Positions 1 to 8,583 of a stretch of DNA of 43,136 bases are shown here, in pieces. The stretch lies in the IMG/VR virus record IMGVR_UViG_3300037092_000017, positions 1-43,136 of that record; one strand, 5' to 3'. Position 1 is the stretch's first letter. Each line of letters starts with the position of its first letter. A program made the position numbers and the translations under genes. This DNA is from a virus (Duplodnaviria > Caudoviricetes). Below the pieces are notes generated by a model. It was not told the origin of the DNA. It searched no databases and was given only the letters and a program-made list of their open reading frames with translations.

Positions 1-160
1 CGTCCCTGTAGCGCTGCGCTGTCCCGTTGTTCTCGGGAAGGCTGAAGTAGGCGAGGTCCGGGCGGTAGGTCTTGAGTGCGTCCCATAACGGAGTCTCATC
101 TTCAAGATCGCCACAGATGAAAACGTGACTGCCGACGACTAGCGTCTCCCCGAAGTTCAC
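1..160 (-). CDS. Partial CDS (runs off the window), DNA methylase-like N-terminus
   Basis: GTG at 160 overlaps the upstream stop. It reads MNFGETLVVGSHVFICGDLEDETPLWDALKTYRPDLAYFSLPENN, resembling the G-x-H-x-x-x-CGD start of phage N4/N6 methylase-like proteins, but no DPPY is visible. Confidence 0.4.
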   Translation of the reverse strand, partial: MNFGETLVVGSHVFICGDLEDETPLWDALKTYRPDLAYFSLPENNGTAQRYRD

Positions 161-513
161 AGCGTCCCCCGCTCGCCAAGCAGGACCATCGCCGCTTTCT
201 TTGTAGCGTGGCCGGGACCGCCGAGCACGTAGTTCGGATCACGTCTGTCCCCTTGGTAACCGAGGCGTTGTGCTTCCACGACATAGTTGGCGATGACCCG
301 ACGCACGGTCTTCGGTACGTGATCGGTATCCAACACCTGGTGCTCATCGGCATCGTAAGTAAGCCATCGTCCGAACTTGTCAGTCGGAATGAGCATCGCC
401 GTCGCTGGCAAGTTGGCGAACACGAAGTCCTCGATGAGGCCGTTGTCGAACTCCACCACGACGTACAGGTGACCCTCGGCCGTCGTGTCCACCTGCGTGA
501 TGTTGTAGTTCAT
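157..513 (-). CDS. Hypothetical protein
   Basis: 118 aa ORF whose start and stop overlap its neighbours. Confidence 0.7.
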   Translation of the reverse strand: MNYNITQVDTTAEGHLYVVVEFDNGLIEDFVFANLPATAMLIPTDKFGRWLTYDADEHQVLDTDHVPKTVRRVIANYVVEAQRLGYQGDRRDPNYVLGGPGHATKKAAMVLLGERGTL

Positions 514-680
514 ATCGTCCCCGACCTACCGTTCATGATCGCCAATGCGGCAGGAACGCCGCCGACGTTCGGATTGACGGTGATGTGAGGGTCGCACATG
601 TTCCCCTGGTAGTTCTCCGCGGCCACTGAGTCAGCGAACACGGCCATCGCCTGGAGGACCATCGTGGGGGTGACTTGCAT
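510..680 (-). CDS. Small hypothetical protein
   Basis: Hand translation MQVTPTMVLQAMAVFADS...GRSGTI. Its stop overlaps the ATG at 513 (ATGA). Confidence 0.45.
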   Translation of the reverse strand: MQVTPTMVLQAMAVFADSVAAENYQGNMCDPHITVNPNVGGVPAALAIMNGRSGTI

Positions 681-710
681 CGTAGTTCGCCACGGCTCAC
701 CGCCCTTCGG

Positions 711-857
711 TCAGGACTGGACTTCGGACTGCTCCGGCATCGACCACGACCCCTCGGCCGTGGCTTCGATAAAACCCCCAACACCTGCCGCGGTGCTGGG
801 GATCTCGATCGAACCGGAGGCGAGGGCGCTAAAGCCAACCTCGGTCTCTGTGGGCAT
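711..857 (-). CDS. Small hypothetical protein (48 aa)
   Basis: ATG coupled to the upstream TAA (TAATG); MPTETEVGFSALASG. Confidence 0.5.
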   Translation of the reverse strand: MPTETEVGFSALASGSIEIPSTAAGVGGFIEATAEGSWSMPEQSEVQS

Positions 858-1375
858 TAGGCCGCCAGGGTCAATGTCACGCTGGACGTGAAGGTGACGT
901 TGGCACCCGAGGGGATTGAGCCAGTGAGACCAGACGTAGCCCCACCCGTGAGGTACGTGCCGGATGTCGCCGCGGTCCACAGCCCAAAGTAGGGGATGCC
1001 GCTGGCCTGGATGGCGAGCAGCGGATACGTCTGCGTGTTGTTGGACGTCTGGTGGTCCGTCGAGAACCCGGCCCAGGCGATGGCCGGACGGTTGCCCGTG
1101 TAACCGGTGGAGTAGGCAATCTCGTTAGCGCCACCAGTGCCCGGGCTGGCCGTGTGGATCGACATGAACAGGCCGGTCGTAGTGATGCACGCGAGCATGG
1201 CGGTAGCCACGGCCGCGGTCGTGTACGTGATCGCCATGTAGGCGTCCAGTTCCTCCGCCGTCAGTGCGAGCTTCGCAATCTCGGGGTCGCGGAATGGAAA
1301 CCGCACTCCGAAGTCTTGCTCGGTCCCGTCGGGCATGAATACCTTGCCCTTGGCGCGGGCGATGATGTGTGGCAT
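857..1375 (-). CDS. Minor tail/virion structural protein
   Basis: SIHTASPGTGGANE...RPAIAW...FGLWTAATSGTYL pattern typical of actinophage minor tail proteins; SD AAGGAG before the ATG at 1375. Confidence 0.65.
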   Translation of the reverse strand: MPHIIARAKGKVFMPDGTEQDFGVRFPFRDPEIAKLALTAEELDAYMAITYTTAAVATAMLACITTTGLFMSIHTASPGTGGANEIAYSTGYTGNRPAIAWAGFSTDHQTSNNTQTYPLLAIQASGIPYFGLWTAATSGTYLTGGATSGLTGSIPSGANVTFTSSVTLTLAA

Positions 1376-1446
1376 TACTGGCTCCTTTCTAGGGGCATGA
1401 AAAAGCACCCCATGAGGGTGCCGGTTGTTGGGAGATGTGAGGGGGA

Positions 1447-2262
1447 CTAGAGCTGTCTGAGGTCGGCTTCGAGCTTGCCGACGAGGAGACCCGTTGGACC
1501 CTTGCCGTGCTTGACGGCCTGGGCACTGACCAATGCCCACGCTTCGTCAATGGTGTTCAACAAGAACTCCCAGGTGCACTGGATCAGGCGACCCCACGTC
1601 ACGAGCGCCACGTAGTCGGCGGTGTACCCAGTGAGGAACACGTCGTGGCCGCCCAGGATCGGCGAACCGGGGACCCACGTCCATTCGTGCGGGAACTGCT
1701 CCTCAGCACTCTGCGGGACCTGAATACCGATGTTCAGTCCGCCGCAGAGGTACAGGGCGGTCTTGATGTCGGCGACGTTGGTGCAATCCACGGGAGCGTA
1801 GGCACCGAGCTTCACTCCGAACAGGCCGGAGGTATGCCACGCCGCAAGTGAGTTCGCTATGTCGAGGCCGGCGTCGTAGTCATCGGGGTCGGTGAACAGT
1901 GCCTCGGGCGTGCACCCGAGAAGCTGGCAGTAGGTCTCGACGACGGTGTTGGCCGACGGGACCGGGTTGGTGACTCCACCCTCCCAGAAGTTCGCGATGG
2001 TCACCGAGTGCGCCATGCCCGCGACTACGCAGTCTCCGCAGCCACCCCAGCCGGGAGGCACACCGGGAAGGGTCACCGACGGGTCGGGACCGTTCGCGTC
2101 CATCTGCCACGGAACGCCGGCCAGGGTGACCCTATAGCCATAGTGCGCCGACGGTGGGGGCGCTGGTAGCGCCTCCGTGAAGTAGGACTTGAACTCGCCG
2201 ATGTTCGGCCTGACGGGCTCGAGCTTGCCGAGTAGTCCGTGACGGGTAGCAGGGACCGTCAT
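1447..2262 (-). CDS. Papain-like (C1-type) cysteine peptidase
   Basis: GDCVVAGMAH (catalytic Cys), GGHDVFLTGY (His), VTWG. Confidence 0.65.
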   Translation of the reverse strand: MTVPATRHGLLGKLEPVRPNIGEFKSYFTEALPAPPPSAHYGYRVTLAGVPWQMDANGPDPSVTLPGVPPGWGGCGDCVVAGMAHSVTIANFWEGGVTNPVPSANTVVETYCQLLGCTPEALFTDPDDYDAGLDIANSLAAWHTSGLFGVKLGAYAPVDCTNVADIKTALYLCGGLNIGIQVPQSAEEQFPHEWTWVPGSPILGGHDVFLTGYTADYVALVTWGRLIQCTWEFLLNTIDEAWALVSAQAVKHGKGPTGLLVGKLEADLRQL

Positions 2263-2504
2263 GACAACGGCCGCCTTGCCGCGTTCTTGACTGCAGCGGC
2301 GTACCTGGCCTTGGATGCGGCAGCGACGACGCCCGTAGCGTGGAAGCCGGCGACGAGGACGAGCAGCCCGGAGACGGCCTGCAGTACAGCTTGTACCTGT
2401 CCGGCTAGCGCGGCCCCGTAGATGGGGGTGATCACGGAGCCGGCAACCCCCGCTAGTCCTGACACGACGGCAATTACGAGCGACCAGTTGATGGTCTTTG
2501 GCAT
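2259..2504 (-). CDS. Holin-like membrane protein
   Basis: Two hydrophobic segments and a basic C-terminus; SD AAGGGAAAGG. Confidence 0.55.
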   Translation of the reverse strand: MPKTINWSLVIAVVSGLAGVAGSVITPIYGAALAGQVQAVLQAVSGLLVLVAGFHATGVVAAASKARYAAAVKNAARRPLS

Positions 2505-2550
2505 GGTTAACCTTTCCCTTGGTTGAGGACTTGGTAAAGAATCGGGCGAC

Positions 2551-2593
2551 AGCGCTACGCGAGGACGGGCGAAAGCGCTACGCGAGGACGGGC
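2551..2593. repeat. 20-bp direct repeat x2 (agcgctacgcgaggacgggc)
   Basis: Copies at 2551-2570 and 2574-2593, intergenic. Confidence 0.85.
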
Positions 2594-2649
2594 CAAACCC
2601 ACATCGCGTGATCGCTGGATTAGGCTTTCCGCTTGCATAGCTGCTTGTG

Positions 2650-2805
2650 TCACATGCAATCCACGATGATCGGGTCCAGCCCCGACCGCTGCACTTCCTG
2701 GGAGATGCACACGAGCAGGAGACGCAGGCCGTCGGCGTCGCCGATCTGGTCGCGCTGGGCGGCAAGGTTGGCGATGGCGCGCAGGGCCTTCTCTTCGGGG
2801 GTCAT
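2650..2805 (-). CDS. Hypothetical protein
   Basis: MTPEEKALRAIANL; ATGA coupling to the upstream gene. Confidence 0.55.
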   Translation of the reverse strand: MTPEEKALRAIANLAAQRDQIGDADGLRLLLVCISQEVQRSGLDPIIVDCM

Positions 2806-2984
2806 GACGCGAGCCTGAAGCGCTGGCAGTGGTCGACCCACTTGCCGCTTTCATCAAGTATTAAGCCCCCATTTTCGTTGAACCCGTAGAACTCGCACTC
2901 ATCGGCGGCCTGCCCGCTGCGCCAGTAAACGATGTGATGCTCGTCGTATCGGTGTCCGCAGACGCACATTTCGGAGCCGGTCAT
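2802..2984 (-). CDS. Small Cys/His-rich protein
   Basis: CVCGHRYDEHH...C...C pattern; coupled start and stop. Confidence 0.6.
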   Translation of the reverse strand: MTGSEMCVCGHRYDEHHIVYWRSGQAADECEFYGFNENGGLILDESGKWVDHCQRFRLAS

Positions 2985-3235
2985 CGATCCTCCCTTTTGA
3001 GAATCGCCACCTGGGGAATAATCACGACCCCGCCAACCTGCCCGTGCTCGGTGACGGTCCCTGCGATCCAGACGGCGCGCTTGGTCTCCTTGAGGACGTA
3101 GCCGCGGGTCTTGACCTGGGGGCAGTGCATGACCGTGACTTCCCGCATGTCCATCCAGATGTCAGGTGGCCCGCACGAGTCGATCCAGTAGACGGTGATC
3201 GGCGGCAGCTTGACCTTGCGCTGTCGGGCGCTCAT
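2981..3235 (-). CDS. Hypothetical phage protein
   Basis: VYWIDS...KTRGYVLKE...IIPQVAI pattern common in small phage proteins. Confidence 0.7.
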   Translation of the reverse strand: MSARQRKVKLPPITVYWIDSCGPPDIWMDMREVTVMHCPQVKTRGYVLKETKRAVWIAGTVTEHGQVGGVVIIPQVAILKREDR

Positions 3236-3266
3236 GATACGTCGACGTATGATACATTGATGTATC
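3236..3266. promoter_or_regulatory. Tandem palindromes GATAC-N6-GTAT(C/G), putative operator
   Basis: atacgtcgacgtat (3237-3250) and gatacat-tg-atgtatc (3251-3266), directly upstream of the ATG at 3235. Confidence 0.45.
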
Positions 3267-3340
3267 CTAAATCCGACATCTGACCGTTTGTGCAAGATGT
3301 CGGGAATTCACGGAAAACGTGTATCAGCGCCATGTTCACC

Positions 3341-4192
3341 TCACGGCTTCCACGAGTTGTCGGGGTACTTCTCGGCGATGAACTCGCTGAGGGTTATGCC
3401 TTCGTAGCGCCGGCAGAGATAGGAAAGGTCGACTTCCATGAGGTTGTAGTCACCACCCTGAACGTTGTGCAGCACAAGAATCCCGCGCCACTCGGTCTGC
3501 GCCTGCGGCCCGCGGTAGGTTTCGGCGTGGAGATAGCAGCTCCCTGCGATGATCCCCCGTCGTCGGCCGCCGAGCGTTTCTAACATGCCGGTGCGTAACC
3601 CTTGCATGTGACCCTGGACGAACGACGCGCTAACCGCCTTGATGCGAGTCTCGATCATCCCGCTCAGCGGCCGGCTGTTCGCGTTGTTCACGAAGTAGTG
3701 CGAGTACAGGAGCCCGTCGAGTCTCAGCACCTCGAGGAACGGGACGACGGTATACCCGCTACACTCGTAGTCGAGATGGTCGAGCGAGTAGGCGTCGTTC
3801 TGTGCGTCTGCCTCGGTCGCCCGGGTGATGCGGTTCTCATGGTTCCCGAGAGTGATGTACCGCTCGGGCCACCATTGCTTCTCCTTCAGCTTGACTTTGT
3901 GCCTGTTGTAGTCCGATAGGGGCTCATTGAGCAGGTGCCATCCTAGGTTGGCACCTGCTATGTCCGTGCTGTAGCGCTTTCCCTCCGCCCTCTTGGTGCC
4001 CTTGTCATATGAGGACAGGGATGCCATCGTGGCGTGGTCCCCGAGGTGGATCAGCTTCACGCTCTCGCGGCCAGCAAAGTGGTCGACAACGTAACGGCCT
4101 ATCCATGTCAGGTGATCCATCGGGATGCCCGGCTCGCATTGCGTGTCGGGGACGACTATGTGCGTGGGCAGATCAGCAAGCGCATGTGTCAC
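3341..4192 (-). CDS. Calcineurin-like metallophosphoesterase
   Basis: VVPDTQ, HLGDH, LGNHE, YSHY and QGH motifs; SD AAGGAGAGG before the GTG at 4192. Confidence 0.85.
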   Translation of the reverse strand: MTHALADLPTHIVVPDTQCEPGIPMDHLTWIGRYVVDHFAGRESVKLIHLGDHATMASLSSYDKGTKRAEGKRYSTDIAGANLGWHLLNEPLSDYNRHKVKLKEKQWWPERYITLGNHENRITRATEADAQNDAYSLDHLDYECSGYTVVPFLEVLRLDGLLYSHYFVNNANSRPLSGMIETRIKAVSASFVQGHMQGLRTGMLETLGGRRRGIIAGSCYLHAETYRGPQAQTEWRGILVLHNVQGGDYNLMEVDLSYLCRRYEGITLSEFIAEKYPDNSWKP

Positions 4193-4469
4193 TAACCTCT
4201 CCTTGGCAGAGGGATAGAAGTTGCCGACCACGATCCCAAGGCGATCTGCCGGCTCTACGTATCCAGTACGCAGGGCCACGCGTCGGCAGGGGGACCGAGG
4301 CGTGGCACTCGGGCATGGCCCGAGAGATTTCCCGAGGGCGCCGGCCGGACGCTCACTTCCCTCGGGCACCCGCAGTTAGCCGCACGCCTAGCGACGTCAG
4401 CGACAACTCAGCTCGGTGAGACGAGCTATCGAGTTGGCGGGTCGAAAACTCTAAAGGACTCTAAACGGG

Positions 4470-4494
4470 AATGTTCGGTGATGCACCGAACATT
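4470..4494. repeat. Perfect 11-bp inverted repeat
   Basis: aatgttcggtg-atg-caccgaacatt. Confidence 0.8.
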
Positions 4495-4634
4495 AGTGAT
4501 AGTGGATGTTAGCTCACAGCGAACGCGAGTGGACGCCCTGACACAACCGTAGGGAAACATTCACCGTGGGGCAGATTCATCGCGGACTGAACGCTCCCCA
4601 CAGTGAGCGCGGGGCTGTGTTATCGGTTGGCGTG

Positions 4635-4695
4635 TAAGGGCCAACATATTGGCCCTACGGTTGCTTAAGGGGCACGATATTGGCCCTACGGTTGC
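4635..4695. repeat. Tandem repeat, 31-bp period
   Basis: atattggccctacggttgc at 4646-4664 and 4677-4695. Confidence 0.8.
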
Positions 4696-4717
4696 GGCCG
4701 TGGCAACGCCTACTGCG

Positions 4718-5188
4718 TTATGCGTCGTTCCTGGGGGGTTTCGTAGTCACATCGTGGCTGTCGAGGTAGCGCTGCACAACCCATGCCGGGTAGCTGATCA
4801 TATGCACGCCGGCCATGCCGTGCCTATGACACACGTCACACAACACGAGCATATTCCCCTCGCTGTCAAGCCACTCGCGCAGGTGCGGCTCGTCGGCGGC
4901 GCCCATCGCGGGGAAGTCGCCCATGACGAGCGTAGGGTCGACGGCATTGGCGAGCGCCCACTCACAAACCGAGTGGTGAGTCTCCATCTGCTTGGCCCCA
5001 CGGGGGTTCTGTGCGGGATCCTTCAGAGTCGAGTTACGGACGCCGCAGATCCAGCACGCCTCATCGAGGTCATAGACGAGGTGGTGGTGGACCTTGCGGT
5101 ACTCCTCGGACGCTGTGCGGGGGTCGTGATCGGGGTAGAAAATCTCCTCCGTGAGCCTGCGCGTGACTTCGTGTGCGGGGACGATCAT
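4718..5188 (-). CDS. Cys/His protein with HNH-like zinc-binding pattern
   Basis: CWICG...ETHH...NMLVLCDVCHR...GVH. Confidence 0.65.
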   Translation of the reverse strand: MIVPAHEVTRRLTEEIFYPDHDPRTASEEYRKVHHHLVYDLDEACWICGVRNSTLKDPAQNPRGAKQMETHHSVCEWALANAVDPTLVMGDFPAMGAADEPHLREWLDSEGNMLVLCDVCHRHGMAGVHMISYPAWVVQRYLDSHDVTTKPPRNDA

Positions 5189-5853
5189 GCGAGCAGCTTC
5201 CCCCACGTGTGTGCGCCGACTATGCCGTCCACCGTGAGCTTCGCTGCGAACTGGAACAGCTCGACGGCGCGGCGCGTGCAGGGACCGAACTGACCATCGG
5301 CCTGGGACGGACCGAGTGACCCCGCTTCTCCGTGGACGATGAGCCGTCGCTGGCACGTCACCACAGCCGCGCCGGTCATGTAGGGCGTGCGGAGGAACAA
5401 CGTCGGCTCGGTTGGGTGCGGCAGAGACTTGCCCCACAGCGCGGGCCGCGTCGAGCCCATGTAGGACAGCCCGGCACCCTCGCTGACAACCGGAGCGAAC
5501 GTGTTGTACCTGACGCCCTGCGCCTCGTCGTAAGCGTCGATCATTGTGTAGGCACCCTTGATGACGCCGACGAAGATGCCGACGTGTCCCGGCCGCGGGC
5601 CCGAGGATTCCCCACCCCAGAAGTAGGAGAAGTCGCCAGGTTGCAGGGCGCCCGTGACCTTTGGTGCCTGCGGGATGTTGAACTGGGCGGCCGAGCCATG
5701 CTCCATGGGGACGCCAATGGACGCGGCGGCCATCATCGTCAGACCCGAGCAGTCCCATGCGCTCGGTCCTGAGGCACCATACACGTAGGGCTTGCCGTCC
5801 TGGGCCTCACCAAAGCTGACCAGTTGCTCGGCGTATTGCAGTTCCGTGGTCAT
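5185..5853 (-). CDS. Endolysin: NlpC/P60 peptidase plus peptidoglycan-binding domain
   Basis: GKPYVYGASGPSAWDCSGL and GHVGIF; C-terminal DGQFGP and VDGIVGAHTW. Confidence 0.9.
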   Translation of the reverse strand: MTTELQYAEQLVSFGEAQDGKPYVYGASGPSAWDCSGLTMMAAASIGVPMEHGSAAQFNIPQAPKVTGALQPGDFSYFWGGESSGPRPGHVGIFVGVIKGAYTMIDAYDEAQGVRYNTFAPVVSEGAGLSYMGSTRPALWGKSLPHPTEPTLFLRTPYMTGAAVVTCQRRLIVHGEAGSLGPSQADGQFGPCTRRAVELFQFAAKLTVDGIVGAHTWGKLLA

Positions 5854-6005
5854 GATTCCCCTCTCCTTCTCTCGAACACGACAACGATGCGGTCGGCGGT
5901 CCCTGCCGACCAGCTATGCAGGCGCCACTCGGTGTCGAACATCTCGTGAAGCAGGGTCTCCAGTTCCTCGGGGCCGTGAACCTCAACCGTCTTGTACCAC
6001 TTCAT
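5850..6005 (-). CDS. Small hypothetical protein
   Basis: Hand translation MKWYKTVEVHGPEELETLLHEMFDTEWRLHS...VVFER, coupled at both ends. Confidence 0.6.
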   Translation of the reverse strand: MKWYKTVEVHGPEELETLLHEMFDTEWRLHSWSAGTADRIVVVFERRRGES

Positions 6006-6088
6006 TAGATGACCTTGAGCAGTACCAGGATCACGACCACCACCAGCGCCAGTATGGCGAGTTGTAGTGCCGGGGCAAGGTTGTTCAC
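6005..6088 (-). CDS. 27-aa single-TM peptide
   Basis: MNNLAPALQLAILALVVVILVLLKVI; GTGA and TAATG coupling. Confidence 0.55.
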   Translation of the reverse strand: MNNLAPALQLAILALVVVVILVLLKVI

Positions 6089-6456
6089 GGGTTCCTTCTT
6101 TCGAGTAGGGCTACACGTTCCTTGATGGTTAGGACCGGCACGTCGCCCTTAGCGAACAGGGTCCGCATCTTCACCGAGGTCATCAGGTGCGAGCCGATGA
6201 TCTGTCCGACCTTGGTGCCCCCCACATTGGCGATGCTCACCCCGACAACAATCCCAATCTTGAGCGGCCAGTCGTGGCCCTGAAAGGCTGTGATCGACAA
6301 CGTCGCGGTCGTGATCGAGACGCACCAAGCCGCCGCGTCGCACCATCCAGCCAACCAGCCTCGCTCGTTGGCTTCCGCCATAACGAGGATCGTGCCCAGG
6401 ATGTCCTGAGCAACCATCGCCACCGAGGCGATCAGGACGATCTGCCAGGCGAGCAT
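6085..6456 (-). CDS. Membrane protein
   Basis: About three hydrophobic segments; lies in the lysis region. Confidence 0.7.
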   Translation of the reverse strand: MLAWQIVLIASVAMVAQDILGTILVMAEANERGWLAGWCDAAAWCVSITTATLSITAFQGHDWPLKIGIVVGVSIANVGGTKVGQIIGSHLMTSVKMRTLFAKGDVPVLTIKERVALLERRNP

Positions 6457-6459
6457 CAG

Positions 6460-6870
6460 CTAACGGGGAGAGGAATGGCGGGAGGCACTAACGCCCCCCC
6501 CCCCATTCGCGGCGCGTTCATGTTCTGCGACCCGCTCCATGACTTGCTTGCGTGACTCTAGTGTCCCGAGGCGCCGGAACATCTCATCTTCGGTAGCGTC
6601 CGTGTGCCCTTTCTGCACGGCGACGGTCACGATGAGCGCATCAACCTTGGCCTCGACCCTCGCCACGGTGTCGCCGACACTGAGCGAGTCACCGCCGTTC
6701 ACAGCGACCTCAGTGAGCAACTTGTCGAGCTTGTCCTCGCGTATGGCCCGCGCCGACAGCCAACGGTTCACAGCGACGATGCCGCCGATGATCCCGCCGA
6801 CGCCGATGACAATGTAGATCCAGTTGTAGGCGGCAGTACCTTCGCCGACCGCTATCCGGGCAAGCATCAA
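6460..6870 (-). CDS. Membrane protein with coiled-coil tail (lysis-region type)
   Basis: N-terminal TM segment and NGGDSLSVGD motif. Confidence 0.7.
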   Translation of the reverse strand: MMLARIAVGEGTAAYNWIYIVIGVGGIIGGIVAVNRWLSARAIREDKLDKLLTEVAVNGGDSLSVGDTVARVEAKVDALIVTVAVQKGHTDATEDEMFRRLGTLESRKQVMERVAEHERAANGGGGVSASRHSSPR

Positions 6871-7274
6871 AACCCGATCGCTAACCAGGTGAAGTTGATC
6901 GACCCCGCTCCGGTGTCCGTGTGAATGTTCCAGCCGTAGATGTCGACATTGGTCGTGTTCGGCACGCCGGCGATGCCGATGACGATGTCGGAGTTCGGGT
7001 CACCCGGCGACGGTGGGAAGTTCGTCAGAACGAACGTGAGCAGACCGTTGGGGAACGCTGTCGGGAAGGTGAAGAGCGCCTGCCCTGCCGTGAGGACGAA
7101 GGAGTGCACGACGCCGCCTTGGAGCAGGAAGCCTCCGGCCGATGGGGCGGGCGGCGAGCCCTGGAGTGCCGAGCCGACGGCGAAAACACCGACCTGGGTA
7201 GGTGGCGGGATGGAGGCTTGCAGGGCATTCATCTCCGCGGCCCTGAGTATTTGGTTCACGATGAAAGCCATCAT
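6867..7274 (-). CDS. Minor tail / tail fibre protein
   Basis: AFIVNQILRAAEMN N-terminus; FTFPTAFPNG...FTWLAIGF C-terminal fibre-type motif. Confidence 0.75.
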   Translation of the reverse strand: MMAFIVNQILRAAEMNALQASIPPPTQVGVFAVGSALQGSPPAPSAGGFLLQGGVVHSFVLTAGQALFTFPTAFPNGLLTFVLTNFPPSPGDPNSDIVIGIAGVPNTTNVDIYGWNIHTDTGAGSINFTWLAIGF

Positions 7275-7296
7275 TGCTCCTTGGTCGGGGTCGGGG

Positions 7297-8580
7297 TCAT
7301 GCGCCCAGCTGGTTGACGTCGAGAACCCCCAGGACCGCGGAGTCCAACGTGAAGTACGAGCGCGGGTCGAACAGGGAGAAGGTCAGCGTCAGCGTGTACG
7401 TGCTGTTCGAGACGTCGAGTGCATAGACGATCTGGTCCACCTGCTCGACCTTGGTGATGGTCGCCGGTGTGCCAGTCCCGCCCGGCGTGCGTCTCACTGT
7501 CACGACACTGCCGAGGTCGAGAGCGGTGACTGCGGCGAGTCGCGCGGGGTCGAGTGACTGGAGCTCGACCGTGACCGTGGCGAACCGGATCTCCGGCTGA
7601 GAGTAACGATTGAGCATCCACTGAATCAGGTCGGAGGTGTCATAAAGCGAGTTCGTTTCGAGCGAGCCCATTTGCAGGGTGCGGACGCCGAACTGAGCCT
7701 GGCTGGGAGCGTCGCCCACTTGCTGCAAGGTCGAGCCGGGAACATACGAGGTCCCCGTCACCAGGTTATAGAGCAGGAGCGCCTGGCTACCCTGCGTGAT
7801 CCCCTGGTATGCGATCGCTCCGTTCGTAATGTCCGCCGGCAGGTCGGAGAAGGTCACCGCTAGTACCAGCAGCCTGGTATTCCAGTACCGGTCGTGATAC
7901 TGGAGTACTCCGTTGCAGTCACAGAAGAAGAACCCTTGCTCCGCTACTGCCATGGATTGACAGGTGGACAGGGCGTCGACCTGATCGAACGTGCGGGAGC
8001 ACACCGTGATCTGGCCGGTGTCGAGCGACGTGCCGAAGTGTCCCGCCGCGGGGTCGACCTCGGCATAGCCGAGGATGTGGAAGATACGGGTGCCGCTCGG
8101 CTCCGCAGCCGGGGTCCTGTTCTGCAGGAAGCTGTTGGCGAGGCAGGTGAACGCGTCTATGCAGGTGACGTCCACCGTGCAGATGTTCGGTATCTCGTAG
8201 TTGACCTGGATGTCATCGACGAACCCGCCGAAGATCGTGTTGCCAGCCAGGGTGATCGTCACGGGCAAGCGCGGCAGGATGCCGGGATAGAGGGGGCTCG
8301 CCGTGTTGCTCGGGTCGAACAGGCGGGACTCGTTGCGAAGTGTGAAGCTCGCCGTGCCTGCCGTGTACTGATCAACCTCACGGCTCCGGCCGCGCGTGAC
8401 GTTGATCGTGCCCGACAGATACGCCGAGACGTCGCCGATGTCCCCGACACCATTCATCGTGCCGATGTAGACGGTCACTGGCGGCACGAACGAACCGACC
8501 GGGGCTACGCCAAGGTGGTCCCAGGTGTCGGTCGGGTTGTCCCAGGTGTCGGTCGGGCTGTCCCAGCTGGTGAATGACAT
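7297..8580 (-). CDS. Minor tail protein
   Basis: INVTRGRSREVDQYTAGTASFTLRN...FDP pattern; follows the tape measure; N-terminal WDxPTDT repeat. Confidence 0.8.
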   Translation of the reverse strand: MSFTSWDSPTDTWDNPTDTWDHLGVAPVGSFVPPVTVYIGTMNGVGDIGDVSAYLSGTINVTRGRSREVDQYTAGTASFTLRNESRLFDPSNTASPLYPGILPRLPVTITLAGNTIFGGFVDDIQVNYEIPNICTVDVTCIDAFTCLANSFLQNRTPAAEPSGTRIFHILGYAEVDPAAGHFGTSLDTGQITVCSRTFDQVDALSTCQSMAVAEQGFFFCDCNGVLQYHDRYWNTRLLVLAVTFSDLPADITNGAIAYQGITQGSQALLLYNLVTGTSYVPGSTLQQVGDAPSQAQFGVRTLQMGSLETNSLYDTSDLIQWMLNRYSQPEIRFATVTVELQSLDPARLAAVTALDLGSVVTVRRTPGGTGTPATITKVEQVDQIVYALDVSNSTYTLTLTFSLFDPRSYFTLDSAVLGVLDVNQLGA

Positions 8581-8583
8581 GGG

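Noticed and set aside
2551-4695. CRISPR mini-array from the short direct repeats
   Set aside because: Only two copies of each repeat, with 3-12 nt gaps and no spacer-length unique sequence.
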